Assembly: GCA_964422035.1 (NCBI GenBank)
Contig: CAYQZQ010000001.1
Location: forward strand, 441,013 to 505,012
Reading direction: 5' to 3'
DNA length: 64,000 nt
From: an uncultured Pseudomonadales bacterium
Lineage (GTDB): Bacteria > Patescibacteriota > Microgenomatia > UBA1400 > Chazhemtobacteraceae
Each line of letters starts with the position of its first letter. Position 1 is the first letter of the stretch. This document shows, piece after piece, positions 44,122-54,226 of this stretch. The notes beneath the pieces were generated by a model, which was not told where the DNA came from, did not search any database, and worked only from the letters and a program-made list of their open reading frames with translations. Made by a program: the position numbers and the translations under genes.

Positions 44122-46035
44122 TTAACCTGCTCCACCGCCACCTCCACCACCCCCTCCTCCGCCTCCGCCGGAGACAGATCCCGAGGATCCCGCGCCTGAG
44201 GCGCCATAAGAACTGGAAACTGCAGTAGATAGAGAAGAGACAGCGCTGTTGACTGAAGAGATTGATGAAGCTATGGAAGCAGAGGCTGCAGAAGGTGAGG
44301 CGGCCCAGGTGTTAGCCATGACTTTTTGATCTGAGCCAGAGAATCTAACAGGTAGTTGGGAAAGGGTCTTGCTGGAGACTCCCAGAACTGTACCGTAGAC
44401 TAAGTATTTTTCCCAGATGATGACAGAGTCGATAGGATCGTCTTTGGTGCGACGATATTCTTGAATATGGTTTTTGAAAGCCTGCCAGGAAGCAGCTTCT
44501 TTGGCTCCTTTTTTGGTGCGCTTTAGGCCTAAGTATTTGAAGATAAACAGAGTGATTAAAAACAGCAGAGGAAGGACCCAGCCAGCTGTGGCAATAAGAG
44601 CAGGGGTTATATTTTCAGTGTCAAAAAGAGGGGTGAGTTGAATAAAGATGAAAAAGTTGACAGCGATGATAAGCAGGAAGGGTACAATTTCTTTGTATTC
44701 CTTTGAGTACTTAAGAGAGTCTTTATCAAAAAAACCTTGCTTGACGTTTTGAGACAGGGCTTTGTCTTTTAGACTGTCGAAGAATTTTTTGGAGCTGGTT
44801 TTGTGGCGCTTGGTGTAGGAAATTAAGTCATCAAACCAAAGCTGATCTTTATTGGGGGCTGCGGTCTTAAAAAGAAAGTCGTAAACCGCTTTTTGTAATG
44901 AACTGAGATTGTCAATATTGTCCAAGTTATCTTTTTTTAAGGCATACTTGTAATCTCGACTGAAGACTCCATGCTTTTTATCTGAGCGGGTGATTTTTAA
45001 AACTTTATGTTGAACCAGAGATAGGACAGTGGCAGTAAAAGACTTGGGAGATAGATTTTTATTACCTGACACAAGCTGCTCGACCTGGGCTGGATCGATG
45101 TCAGATGGGGGTTCCCAAAGAGAATCGGCTAGATTAATCTGAGGTAGAGGTTCGTCTTTGCCTAGTTTTTGGAATCTCTTGTAGGCTCTGATGAAAAACC
45201 CTAAAGATACTAAAGCCATTAAAACAGAAAGGAAAGATTTGCCCCAGGTTATCAATGACTTTCTTCTGGTTTGGGCAATAAACTTTTGTTCTTGTTGGCG
45301 AATCTGATCTTTTGTTAGATCGCCAGTGGCACCTTGATCAATTGTTAATTTGGGAAAGATTATTCTGGCTTCAAAAAAAGTATTTGGCGACACTTTAGGG
45401 GATGAGAGAACAACGGTGTTTGAGTTGGGAATAGAGACTGTACCATTTAAGGGGCCGTGGGCCCAGGCTTGGATCTGGTCGTCTGGAATGCCCTCTGGTA
45501 AATGAATGGTGATGTTAACATTTTGATGAGCGATGTCCCAGTCACTACCTAAAAACTGCCAGTATAGCTCGGCTGTATCCTGCTGGAGAGTGACGGCGTT
45601 GGGGACGGTATAGGAGATGATAAAAGTTTTCTGAGTATCATTAGCTGAGTAGAACCACTTTAAGAAGAGTTTGTTTTTTTGCTCAACTGTATAGAAAGAG
45701 CCGGATTCAAGTGGTTCAGATGAGGTGTTGAAACTTTTTCTAGGAGGAGAGACTTTTTGATAGCAAGCCTGTTTATCACAGACTTTAAAGTCAGTTAGTT
45801 GATAGTTTTGCTCTCTACCGGAGTTTTGTCCAGGAGTTTTGTCATAGTAGATATAAGCATAAGAAAAAGAGCCCTCAAAGTCATAGTGGTGCTGACTTTC
45901 AACCTCCATGGAGCCGTCTTTTTTAATGGTAGCTTTAGTTGACAAACTATCTATGGAGTATTCCTTGGCATGGACAGGGGCAGCAAGGAAAAGAAAGGTA
46001 AAGATAGATATCAAAAAGATTATTTTTTTATTCAC
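44122..46035 (-). CDS. DUF2207-like membrane protein with a poly-Gly/Ser C-terminal tail
   Basis: Signal peptide, large extracytoplasmic domain, central TM helices, and a C-terminus ...SGSVSGGGGGGGGGGGGGAG. Confidence 0.55.
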   Translation of the reverse strand: MNKKIIFLISIFTFLFLAAPVHAKEYSIDSLSTKATIKKDGSMEVESQHHYDFEGSFSYAYIYYDKTPGQNSGREQNYQLTDFKVCDKQACYQKVSPPRKSFNTSSEPLESGSFYTVEQKNKLFLKWFYSANDTQKTFIISYTVPNAVTLQQDTAELYWQFLGSDWDIAHQNVNITIHLPEGIPDDQIQAWAHGPLNGTVSIPNSNTVVLSSPKVSPNTFFEARIIFPKLTIDQGATGDLTKDQIRQQEQKFIAQTRRKSLITWGKSFLSVLMALVSLGFFIRAYKRFQKLGKDEPLPQINLADSLWEPPSDIDPAQVEQLVSGNKNLSPKSFTATVLSLVQHKVLKITRSDKKHGVFSRDYKYALKKDNLDNIDNLSSLQKAVYDFLFKTAAPNKDQLWFDDLISYTKRHKTSSKKFFDSLKDKALSQNVKQGFFDKDSLKYSKEYKEIVPFLLIIAVNFFIFIQLTPLFDTENITPALIATAGWVLPLLFLITLFIFKYLGLKRTKKGAKEAASWQAFKNHIQEYRRTKDDPIDSVIIWEKYLVYGTVLGVSSKTLSQLPVRFSGSDQKVMANTWAASPSAASASIASSISSVNSAVSSLSTAVSSSYGASGAGSSGSVSGGGGGGGGGGGGGAG

Positions 46036-46393
46036 CCTTGATGTCTTTTAAGATTAGTTTCTCGATTCTAGCAAATTCTTGTTTGATTTGACTCTCGATC
46101 TCATCATCGATGTGCTCTTTTAAGTAGTCGATTAATTGAGGGTCGTAAGGGCTGTGCTCAAGTCTGGAAAGGAAAGTTTTGTGTTTTTTGGATGGTAGCT
46201 TGTCGAGAATGAAATGCATTAATTTTGAGTGGAGAATGTCATCAACCATTTGTTTGAGCTTGCTTTTTTTCTCGTCAGGAGCATCTACCTGGTCAATGTG
46301 GATATGAATTTCGTTCCTGTTGAAAAGATGGTCGTAAAAGAGAATGGCCATATTATTATTGTTGCAGATTAATTGGTTGATCAACAGGACCAA
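46028..46393 (-). CDS. Hypothetical acidic protein
   Basis: 121-aa ORF, coupled to DUF2207. Confidence 0.35.
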   Translation of the reverse strand: MVLLINQLICNNNNMAILFYDHLFNRNEIHIHIDQVDAPDEKKSKLKQMVDDILHSKLMHFILDKLPSKKHKTFLSRLEHSPYDPQLIDYLKEHIDDEIESQIKQEFARIEKLILKDIKGE

Positions 46394-47243
46394 GAGGAAT
46401 TTGATCTTGGGGATCTTCTATAAAGAGGAAGACCACCAAGCCTTTGCGAGGGCCTTTGTGCAGATCAAGTGCTTTCATTGATTCTGGAGAGCCACCGAAT
46501 TGTTTACCTGTCCATTTGGCCGGACCGGCGTCAGCAATGGCGGTGATCACAGCCTGGCCGTTTTGTGGATTGACGATTAAGACTTTGCGGTATTTGTACC
46601 ATTCCCGCAGATGTCTGAAGTCTGAGTTCCAGTTAGGAAGATAGAGGGTTTGGGCAACTGAATAGTATTTTTCGCGCAGGTAGTCTTGGGTTGTAAACTG
46701 TTGTTGAGAGGGAGCAAAGTAGCCCCAAGCCCCAAGACCGGGAGCTATACCGGCAACTGATTCTTCATCGTGAAGCTCTATGTGATCAGAAGGGAAGCGT
46801 TTTAAGTGCTGTTCGTAACCGATGTAACCGATTTGGTGATTGAGTTTTTGACCCTCAAGCTGAGCTTTGACAGGGATACCGGTTGATTCTTTGATGGCTT
46901 GCTCAATTTTGCCGGCAGTGTCGTCATCAAGACTGGTGGGATAGTGGGGAACGATATCTTTGAGTTTATTTTGCAAAAGTTGCTCGAGGGATTTTTCCTG
47001 ATTGGCTTGAACGGGTTTGGGAGGAGGTTTTTGCACGGCAGGATTGGGTGAGAAAATCAAAGCTCCTGTCAAGCCGGCGGTAGCAAGTAATCGACGAGAT
47101 TTTTCTCTTAATTGATTGGCGACGAGGATATTTCTCTCTAGGTATTTTTTGGCTTGGTTACTGACACGCTTGAGGTCGTATTGGTATCGCTTTTGTCTTT
47201 TTTGAAGATTGTTTTCTATGGTATCAATAGAGGGCAGGTCCAT
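46356..47243 (-). CDS. Hypothetical exported protein with a possible C-terminal 3D / DPBB (RlpA-like) domain
   Basis: KVLIVNPQNGQAVITAIADAGP...GKQFGGSPESMKALDL resembles the RlpA/3D-domain core (V.V.N..NGRSV.V.V.DRGP...IDLS). Confidence 0.4.
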   Translation of the reverse strand: MDLPSIDTIENNLQKRQKRYQYDLKRVSNQAKKYLERNILVANQLREKSRRLLATAGLTGALIFSPNPAVQKPPPKPVQANQEKSLEQLLQNKLKDIVPHYPTSLDDDTAGKIEQAIKESTGIPVKAQLEGQKLNHQIGYIGYEQHLKRFPSDHIELHDEESVAGIAPGLGAWGYFAPSQQQFTTQDYLREKYYSVAQTLYLPNWNSDFRHLREWYKYRKVLIVNPQNGQAVITAIADAGPAKWTGKQFGGSPESMKALDLHKGPRKGLVVFLFIEDPQDQIPLGPVDQPINLQQ

Positions 47244-47246
47244 ATT

Positions 47247-48554
47247 TTATTTTAGTTTTTGTAATGCTGTGTCCAATCGATTAACAACCTCATCTTGGCC
47301 AATAATTTGAAGAGTCTCAAACAAAGGAGGAGTGGCCTTGCGGCCGGTGCTGGCAAGTCGAATGGTCATAAAAGCCTGACGGGGGCCCCAACCAGAGTCT
47401 GATTGGTACTCTCGCAGGGTTTTCTCGATTGACTTTTTGTTCCATTTTTTAATATCTTTAAGTTCTTTTTTAACAACAGTCAAAAACTGATGAGTGGTTT
47501 TAGAGCCAGTCTCGGATTGTTCCAAGAGGTCCTCTTTTGAATATTCTGGCAGCTCAAAGAAGATCAAACTTCTGTCCTGGACGTCTTTTAAGGTAACCAG
47601 GCGTTGTTTTATTAAAGGAGTGATCTGGCGTATTTTATCTTTTGGCCAGTTTTGGGGGACAAAATCCATAATGCGGTCTGTTAAGTCAGAGTCGTCAAGT
47701 TTTCTAATCCAGGCGCCATTGAAGTAATTGAGTTTTTCAATATCAAAAATGGCGTTTTGTTTTTGCAGTTTGTCGATGGAGAAGATTTTAATCATTTCTT
47801 TCATACTTAAAATGGAAGAGTTGTCTTGATATGAAAAACCTAGGAAAAAGAGGAAGTTATTGATAGCTTCAGGAAGGTAACCCTCGTCTTTATACTGCAA
47901 AACGGACTTGGCACCGTGACGCTTTGACAATTTGCTTTTATCAGGTCCCAAAAGTAGTGGCACGTGCATCAGTTTGGGCATATCCCAACCCAGAGCATCA
48001 TAGATGCGGATGTGAACTGGGGTTGATGAAATCCATTCTACGCCGCGGATAATGTGGGTGATGTTCATTAGATGATCGTCGACCATGGCGGCTAAGTGAT
48101 AGGTGGGGATACCGTTTGACTTGACTAGAACTTTGTCGTCAACTTGCTCGTTGGGTATTTTTATTTCGCCTTGGATAAGATCCTCAAAAACAGTCTCCCC
48201 TTCTTGGGGCATTTTGATGCGGAGAGCACCTTCGTCTTTATAGGCGGCGTCTTTATCGATCAATTGTTGGGCTACTTTTTGGTAGTGTTCAAGGCGCTTG
48301 GTTTGAACATAGGGACTGTTGGGACCACCTTGTTGAGGACCTTGATCGGGAGTTAACCTTAGAAAATCCAGACTTTGGTATATAGCCGGCAGAGAACCTT
48401 CCACATAGCGTTTTTTATCGGTGTCTTCGATACGTAAGATGAAGTCTCCGTTGTTTTTTTTGGCCAGTAGATAATCAAAAAGGGCTGTTCTTATAGTGCC
48501 GATATGGGGTATGCCGGTAGGAGATGGAGCCAGACGTGTTCTTACTTTACTCAT
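47247..48554 (-). CDS. gltX: Glutamyl-tRNA synthetase
   Basis: RLAPSPTGIPHIGTIRTALF (HIGH) and KLSKRHGA (KMSKS). Confidence 0.9.
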   Translation of the reverse strand: MSKVRTRLAPSPTGIPHIGTIRTALFDYLLAKKNNGDFILRIEDTDKKRYVEGSLPAIYQSLDFLRLTPDQGPQQGGPNSPYVQTKRLEHYQKVAQQLIDKDAAYKDEGALRIKMPQEGETVFEDLIQGEIKIPNEQVDDKVLVKSNGIPTYHLAAMVDDHLMNITHIIRGVEWISSTPVHIRIYDALGWDMPKLMHVPLLLGPDKSKLSKRHGAKSVLQYKDEGYLPEAINNFLFFLGFSYQDNSSILSMKEMIKIFSIDKLQKQNAIFDIEKLNYFNGAWIRKLDDSDLTDRIMDFVPQNWPKDKIRQITPLIKQRLVTLKDVQDRSLIFFELPEYSKEDLLEQSETGSKTTHQFLTVVKKELKDIKKWNKKSIEKTLREYQSDSGWGPRQAFMTIRLASTGRKATPPLFETLQIIGQDEVVNRLDTALQKLK

Positions 48555-48626
48555 GCATATATTATAACTGTAATTAGGGTCAGGCTAAAAGTAGAGACAG
48601 ATTTAAGCTATACTTAAGTTAAAGAT

Positions 48627-49691
48627 ATGCCTAATTTAACAGAAACAGCTCATAAAGCCAGACAGGTAGTTAAGTTTGGCGGTTTTGGTTTTGCGGGTTT
48701 ACTATTTATCTGGTTGGTGGGAAGTAACGCCATTAGAATATGGCGGATAATTAACCCTGCTCCACCTCCTCCACCATCGGAAAACTTTGGAAGACTGGAG
48801 CCGATTAATTTTCCGGAATCAAAGGAACTTAGATATGACTTGCAGACTCCGACCGGAGAGATTGAAGAATTTACGACTCAGATAAAGGTATTTTATTCTC
48901 CTGCTTTAAGAAGCAGATTTTTAGATGTTGAGAGGGCAATAGAGCTGGCAAGAATGTTAGGATTTCTCTTTGAACCGGAGCACCCTACTGAAGGAACTTT
49001 CCGTTGGCAGAAAGACAGCCCTGTGCCGATGACTCTGGAAGTTGAGCTAGCAACTACTAATTTCAGTTTGAATAAGCAGTGGCAAGCGGAGCCAAAACTT
49101 TTACAAAAAAAACGATTTATTTCTGACCAGCAATCAATCATTGACGCCCAGTCGTTTTTGAGAGCGGCAGGAGTGATGAAGAATGACTTATCGGGCAATG
49201 AGAAGGTAAGCTACTATAAAGCCAGCAACAAACAACTAACCAACGCTTTGTCCTTAAGTGAAGCAGATTTTGTAAGAGTGGATTTTTTCAGGCAGACATA
49301 CCAGGAGTTGGATGAAAATGATGAAGTAATAGTCGAGCATGAGTTTTACTCGATTACACCGGATCAGGGTTTGGTCTGGGTGATGTTGTCAGGAAGCCGT
49401 GAGACTGATCTTAAGGTAATAAAGACTGAGTATGACTACCGCCCGGTTGAGTATAGTGAGAGCGGAACATATGGCCTTAAGAGCGCTCAACAGGCCTGGG
49501 AGGATCTGCAGAGCGGTGAGGGATATGTAGCTAGATACAACGGGGTAGGGACCGCTGTAGTGAGGAGAGTGAAACTGGGATACCTAGAACCGTTGGAGGG
49601 ATCTGAATACGTAAAACCTGTTTATGTCTTTACTGGAGACGAGGGATTGATTGCTTATGTTTCAGCTTTGGAAGAGGAAGAGGAAGAGTAG
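48627..49691 (+). CDS. Hypothetical membrane-anchored protein with a poly-Glu C-terminus
   Basis: N-terminal TM segment (FGGFGFAGLLFIWLV). Ends with ALEEEEEE. Confidence 0.4.
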   Translation: MPNLTETAHKARQVVKFGGFGFAGLLFIWLVGSNAIRIWRIINPAPPPPPSENFGRLEPINFPESKELRYDLQTPTGEIEEFTTQIKVFYSPALRSRFLDVERAIELARMLGFLFEPEHPTEGTFRWQKDSPVPMTLEVELATTNFSLNKQWQAEPKLLQKKRFISDQQSIIDAQSFLRAAGVMKNDLSGNEKVSYYKASNKQLTNALSLSEADFVRVDFFRQTYQELDENDEVIVEHEFYSITPDQGLVWVMLSGSRETDLKVIKTEYDYRPVEYSESGTYGLKSAQQAWEDLQSGEGYVARYNGVGTAVVRRVKLGYLEPLEGSEYVKPVYVFTGDEGLIAYVSALEEEEEE

Positions 49692-50690
49692 TTAATCTTT
49701 TTTCCATTGATGATTGTCTAGAGCCCAGTTGATGAGAAGTTTTGATTCGCCGAAGCGATCTTGTGAGTCTAAAACTACGGTAATTAAGTGATGGTCACTA
49801 TCTATGAAGGTAACCAGACACTCGCCAGCTTTCTGAGTCCAACCAGTTTTGACTCCTTTTAGTCCGGGAATTTGACCTAGTAGTTGATTGGTGGTGGATA
49901 GATAATAACTTTTATCATTGGAGACATCAGAGATGGTGATATTTTCTGTGGAGACAATCTTGGAGAAAAGAGCATTGTGCAGAGCGTGCTTGGTTAGAAT
50001 GGCCAGATCATGGACAGTGCTGTAGTGATCGATTGACTCGATACCGGAGACATTACTGTAGTTAGTATTGGTCATCCCCAGCTGACGTGCTTTCTGATTC
50101 ATCTTGAAGACAAAGCCAGAGTAACCTTGGGGATGATTTTCAGCTAGGGTGAGGGCCACGTCATTACCGGAGGAAACCAGCAGGGCATAAAGTAGATCGT
50201 GGAGGGTAAACTGGGCATCGACGGGAAGCATAAGAGAGTTGCCTATAGCTTGGGGACCATCTGTAATGGTAATAACATCGGACAAGGAGTAAGTGTCCAT
50301 GGCTACCAGCGCCGTCATTATCTTGGTGGTTGAGGCCGGCATAAGACGAGTATTGGCTTTTTTCTCAAACAAAACAGTACCGGAATCAGGATCGAAAACA
50401 TAAGCAGCACGGGCAGAGAGATCAGGAGCGGAAGCACCAACCAAAATAGGAATTGGGTGCTCTTGTATGGAAACGTGAGTAGCTTTGACTTTGGGAGGCT
50501 GGGGATTAAAAACTTTTGTTTGGTAGTAATTTTGACCGGGGTATGCCAGAAAGATAAACAAGAGACTGACAACACCTATCTTGGGATATAGGGGAAGTTG
50601 TTTGATTTCTTTTTGAAATCTTAAAAGATGAAAGTAGGTTTTTTTATATGTCCAGGAAAGTTTATTTACAAAGTTAAATGAGCTAGTCAT
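49692..50690 (-). CDS. D-alanyl-D-alanine carboxypeptidase (PBP5/6-type, serine peptidase S11)
   Basis: SxxK motif ASTTKIMT, SxN motif SSGND, and KTG motif KGVKTGWT. Confidence 0.8.
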   Translation of the reverse strand: MTSSFNFVNKLSWTYKKTYFHLLRFQKEIKQLPLYPKIGVVSLLFIFLAYPGQNYYQTKVFNPQPPKVKATHVSIQEHPIPILVGASAPDLSARAAYVFDPDSGTVLFEKKANTRLMPASTTKIMTALVAMDTYSLSDVITITDGPQAIGNSLMLPVDAQFTLHDLLYALLVSSGNDVALTLAENHPQGYSGFVFKMNQKARQLGMTNTNYSNVSGIESIDHYSTVHDLAILTKHALHNALFSKIVSTENITISDVSNDKSYYLSTTNQLLGQIPGLKGVKTGWTQKAGECLVTFIDSDHHLITVVLDSQDRFGESKLLINWALDNHQWKKD

Positions 50691-52089
50691 TTTTCTCTTC
50701 GACTACTTTGAGGCTTAGTTCTTTGAGTTGTTTTTGACTAGCGGGGGAAGGTGCGTCCATGACGGCAGTGTTGCCGGTGCCGGTTGTGGGGAAGGCCATG
50801 GTCTCACGAACTGAGGGCTCACCTAACAGAGCCATTAGGAATCTGTCCAGACCAGGGGCTATACCACCGTGAGGGGGAACGCCGTACTGGAAGGCTTTGA
50901 GAAGATGTTCAAATTCTTGGCGTTGCTTTTGTTTAAGACCAATTAATTCAAAGATTTTTTCTTGTAGATCGGGTTGATGAATTCTGATGGAACCACCACC
51001 GACTTCTAGTCCATTTAGAACCATGTCGTGTTGAAGGCCGCGTACTTTTAGTGGTGAGGAGTCTAGAAGCTCAATATCCTGTGGGTGTGGAGCGGTAAAC
51101 ATATGGTGTGAGGGGGCCAGCTTGGCTTCTCCTAAACCGTAGAAGTAGTCATCTTTGGTTTGCTGGGCAAATAAAGGAAAGTCAATTATCCAGGCGAAGG
51201 CCAATTGGTTGGGATCGTCTTTATCTTCTCTTAAGTCTGGCTTGTCTGAACCATATTTTTCGATAGCTTCTTGATGAGAAATGCGGGGCCAGGGGGACTG
51301 TTGAATCTTTTTGTGAGGGAAAACTTCCTTAACCAGTTGAGTGAATAGTTGTTCAGTAATTTGAAGTATGTCTTCCTGATCAACGAAACTTAGCTCCATA
51401 TCAAGCTGAGTAAACTCACCGTAGGCCCGATCCGCGCGGGGGTCTTCATCTCTGAAGCAACGGGCAAACTGAAAATAGCGCTCAAAACCAGCTACCATTA
51501 AAAGTTGTTTGTACTGTTGAGGACTTTGAGGTAAAGCGTAGAAGTTACCGGGCTGAAGGCGAGAGGGAACCAGAAAGTCTCGAGCCCCTTCGGGGGTAGT
51601 TTTGGTCAGAATCGGGGTGTCTATCTCGACAAAATCTTTATCTACCAGCCAGTTTCTGATGTAGGTAGTAACCTGGGATCTGAGGCGCATGTTTTGAGTC
51701 AAGCGAGGGCGGCGTAGATCCAGATAACGATGTTTTAGTCTGACGTCTTCGTTAATGTCGTAGCCGGAGGAAGAGATTGGTAAAGGTAGCTCCTGAGAAG
51801 CAGAAAGAAGTTTAACGTCTTTTAAATCAAGCTCGACTGCGCCGGTGTCTATGTCAGGATTAACTAGGTTTTCAGGTCGTTTTTTTACTTTGCCAGTAAC
51901 TTCAATTACTGACTCAATACGTAAAGAAGAAAGCTTATCACCCTGGCCTACTACCTGAATGATGCCGGTGCGATCTTTTAGATCAATAAAAGTTATTTTT
52001 CCGTGATCGCGTCGGGAATGAACCCAGCCTTTTAGAGTAACTTTGTTTCCTACTTTATCTGGGGTTTTTTTAATTAGTGTTCGGGGCAT
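50683..52089 (-). CDS. aspS: Aspartyl-tRNA synthetase (compact form lacking the GAD insertion domain)
   Basis: N-terminal OB-fold. Motif 2 FRDEDPRADRAYGEFTQLDMELSF. Motif 3 GGIAPGLDRFLMALLG. Confidence 0.9.
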   Translation of the reverse strand: MPRTLIKKTPDKVGNKVTLKGWVHSRRDHGKITFIDLKDRTGIIQVVGQGDKLSSLRIESVIEVTGKVKKRPENLVNPDIDTGAVELDLKDVKLLSASQELPLPISSSGYDINEDVRLKHRYLDLRRPRLTQNMRLRSQVTTYIRNWLVDKDFVEIDTPILTKTTPEGARDFLVPSRLQPGNFYALPQSPQQYKQLLMVAGFERYFQFARCFRDEDPRADRAYGEFTQLDMELSFVDQEDILQITEQLFTQLVKEVFPHKKIQQSPWPRISHQEAIEKYGSDKPDLREDKDDPNQLAFAWIIDFPLFAQQTKDDYFYGLGEAKLAPSHHMFTAPHPQDIELLDSSPLKVRGLQHDMVLNGLEVGGGSIRIHQPDLQEKIFELIGLKQKQRQEFEHLLKAFQYGVPPHGGIAPGLDRFLMALLGEPSVRETMAFPTTGTGNTAVMDAPSPASQKQLKELSLKVVEEKND

Positions 52090-52126
52090 AACGATATTGT
52101 AATAAATATATCAGAAAAAGATAGGT

Positions 52127-53599
52127 CTATTTAATGTTGAGACGCTTTTTAATCATCTTGCGAGCACGCCTGGTTTTAACAAACTGCAACCAGTCACGAG
52201 CTGGTTCTCTTATCTGCTTTGTTTTGATTATTTCGATCATGTCGCCTGATTTTAGAGGATGGTCTAGAGAAACCATCTTGCCGTTTACTTTTGCACCCTG
52301 GATATGATTAATCAATTGAGTGTGAACGGCGTAAGCAAAGTCAACCGGAGTGGCCTGGGCAGGCAAGTCATAGACGTCACCTAAAGGTGAGAAGACATAG
52401 ATGCGCTCTGTAAGAGCGTCGAGTTTTAGGTCGGTGACAAATTCCTCGGAGTCTTGGACTTCTTTTTGCCAAGTGGCCAGTTCTTTCACCCAAGACATTT
52501 TGCCTGACAGAGAAAAGACCTCCCCTTTTTGAAGTTTTTTGTCAGAAGCTCCACCAGACTTGGCTTCAGCATAGGCAAAGTGAGCGGCGGCACCAAATTC
52601 AGCATGATGATGCATTTTCTCGGTTCTGATCTGGATCTCGATGATACGACCGTTGTGGTCAAAAATTTTTGTATGAATCGATTGGTAGCCGTTTGGTTTG
52701 GGTTGGGCGATAAAATCAGAAACTCCCAGATGCGGAGCGGGCTTCCAGTAGTCATGAATTATTCCCAGTGATGCATAGCAATCGGCTTTGTTTTCTGTAA
52801 TGACACGCAAAGCAACCAGGTCGTGTATCTTTTCGATGTCTTTATTGATTTCTGGTCTTAAAAGTTTTTTGTATAAAGAATATTTATGTTTGGCTCGACC
52901 GTGAACGATGGCTTGAACTTGGTTTTTTTGTAGTTGTTTTTTAAGTTGTTTAATGGCTTTATCTGTTAGTTTTTGAGTGTGTTTTAAGTGAGGGTCAGCT
53001 AGTTTTGTAAGCCAGTCGTGCTCTTGGGGTAAAACGTAAGGGAAAGCCAGATCTTCAAGTTCTCCTTTGATCTGGCCCATGCCTAAACGTTCAGCCAAGG
53101 GAGCGTAAACCTCCAGAGTTTCTTGGGCTATGCGCTCTTGCTTGAGCAGGGGAACTGCATCAAGGGTGCGCATATTGTGAAGACGGTCGGCTAGACGAAT
53201 TATGATTACGCGGATATCTTTGGCCATGGCTACAAACATCTTGCGCAGATTTTCAACAAAGTCTTTATCTGTCTTATTGCGTAGTTTTACCTGACCTACT
53301 TTGGTAACTCCGTCTACTAAGAAAGCTACTTCTTTACCGAATTCTTTTTCGATTTCAGCTAAGGTAACGTGGGTGTCCTCAATGGTATCGTGTAGTAGGG
53401 CAGCCTCCATGATGGTCTGGTCAAGATGCCAGGAAGAGAGGATGCTAGCCACTTTTAAGGGATGGATTATGTAGTCTTCTCCAGTGTAGCGCTTTTGATG
53501 ACGATGAGCATAGTCAGCAAAGTCATAGGCTTTTTTAAGGCGCTTTAGATCTAAGTTGGAATCGGCAGGGATGGAGTCGCGAAAATCTTGCCAGGTCAT
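52127..53599 (-). CDS. rel: RelA/SpoT-family (p)ppGpp synthetase/hydrolase (HD, synthetase and TGS domains; no ACT domain)
   Basis: HD domain HPLKVASIL...HDTIEDT. Synthetase region RAKHKYSLYKKL. C-terminal TGS region IYVFSPLGDVYDLPAQATPVDFAYAVH. Confidence 0.9.
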   Translation of the reverse strand: MTWQDFRDSIPADSNLDLKRLKKAYDFADYAHRHQKRYTGEDYIIHPLKVASILSSWHLDQTIMEAALLHDTIEDTHVTLAEIEKEFGKEVAFLVDGVTKVGQVKLRNKTDKDFVENLRKMFVAMAKDIRVIIIRLADRLHNMRTLDAVPLLKQERIAQETLEVYAPLAERLGMGQIKGELEDLAFPYVLPQEHDWLTKLADPHLKHTQKLTDKAIKQLKKQLQKNQVQAIVHGRAKHKYSLYKKLLRPEINKDIEKIHDLVALRVITENKADCYASLGIIHDYWKPAPHLGVSDFIAQPKPNGYQSIHTKIFDHNGRIIEIQIRTEKMHHHAEFGAAAHFAYAEAKSGGASDKKLQKGEVFSLSGKMSWVKELATWQKEVQDSEEFVTDLKLDALTERIYVFSPLGDVYDLPAQATPVDFAYAVHTQLINHIQGAKVNGKMVSLDHPLKSGDMIEIIKTKQIREPARDWLQFVKTRRARKMIKKRLNIK

Positions 53600-53678
53600 A
53601 ATTTATTATATCGCGGTCAAGATTATAAACTTACCAGAAATTAAGCTGCTGAAAATTGAAAGGTGAGAAGAAAAAGAG

Positions 53679-54182
53679 TTAGACATTGGGATGGAGGGGA
53701 GGACTTTGGGGAAGCTGACCCTTTTTCATTCTCTCTTGATCCTCTGGAGTCCAGGCCTCTTGAGGTACTCCACCTCCTTTGGGGCCTGAAGATTGCTTAA
53801 GGGCGGAAGCTGCTTTTCTTAAGGGGAGATTGGGGAATTCCTCATAGGTGTGACCAGCTGGAGGTTGGTTGTGCTCTATCTGAACGGCAATCTGGCGGGA
53901 CCGAGCTTGAAAAGCTTGGAAGGGATGGGTAAGAGAGAAAAGGAGATTATCTAGATCAGCTTTAGACTCTTTTGGCTGGACAGAATCAGGTTGAGAATAA
54001 ATTTCGGAGGCTGAAACCTGGTCAAGTTGCTTAATTAAACGACGAGCTTTAGGATGGCCACCTATAGCAATGCGGGAAAGTTTATCACCGGCAGCTTGGT
54101 CACCGGAGAGGGCTCTTTCTAATAATTCTTGCACTTGAGACTGAGCAGAAGCCTCATGTTTACCAGACTCAAATCTTTCCAT
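53679..54182 (-). CDS. Hypothetical protein
   Basis: 167-aa ORF with no recognised domain. Confidence 0.35.
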   Translation of the reverse strand: MERFESGKHEASAQSQVQELLERALSGDQAAGDKLSRIAIGGHPKARRLIKQLDQVSASEIYSQPDSVQPKESKADLDNLLFSLTHPFQAFQARSRQIAVQIEHNQPPAGHTYEEFPNLPLRKAASALKQSSGPKGGGVPQEAWTPEDQERMKKGQLPQSPPLHPNV

Positions 54183-54226
54183 GATGCGGTGATTGTATCA
54201 TAAGCTGGCTTTATAAGTCTAACTAC

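Noticed and set aside
43996-44199. 67-aa plus-strand ORF overlapping tRNA-Gln and the poly-Gly-encoding end of the DUF2207 gene
   Set aside because: It lies entirely over a well-folded tRNA and over the antisense of a GC-rich poly-Gly codon run. It is an artefact of low stop-codon density.
44122-44200. Simple-sequence run ccgccacctccaccaccccctcctccgcctccgcc, considered as a possible repeat array or CRISPR-like element
   Set aside because: It is the coding sequence of the C-terminal GGGGGGGGGGGG tail of the DUF2207 protein. There is no spacer-repeat periodicity and no cas genes.
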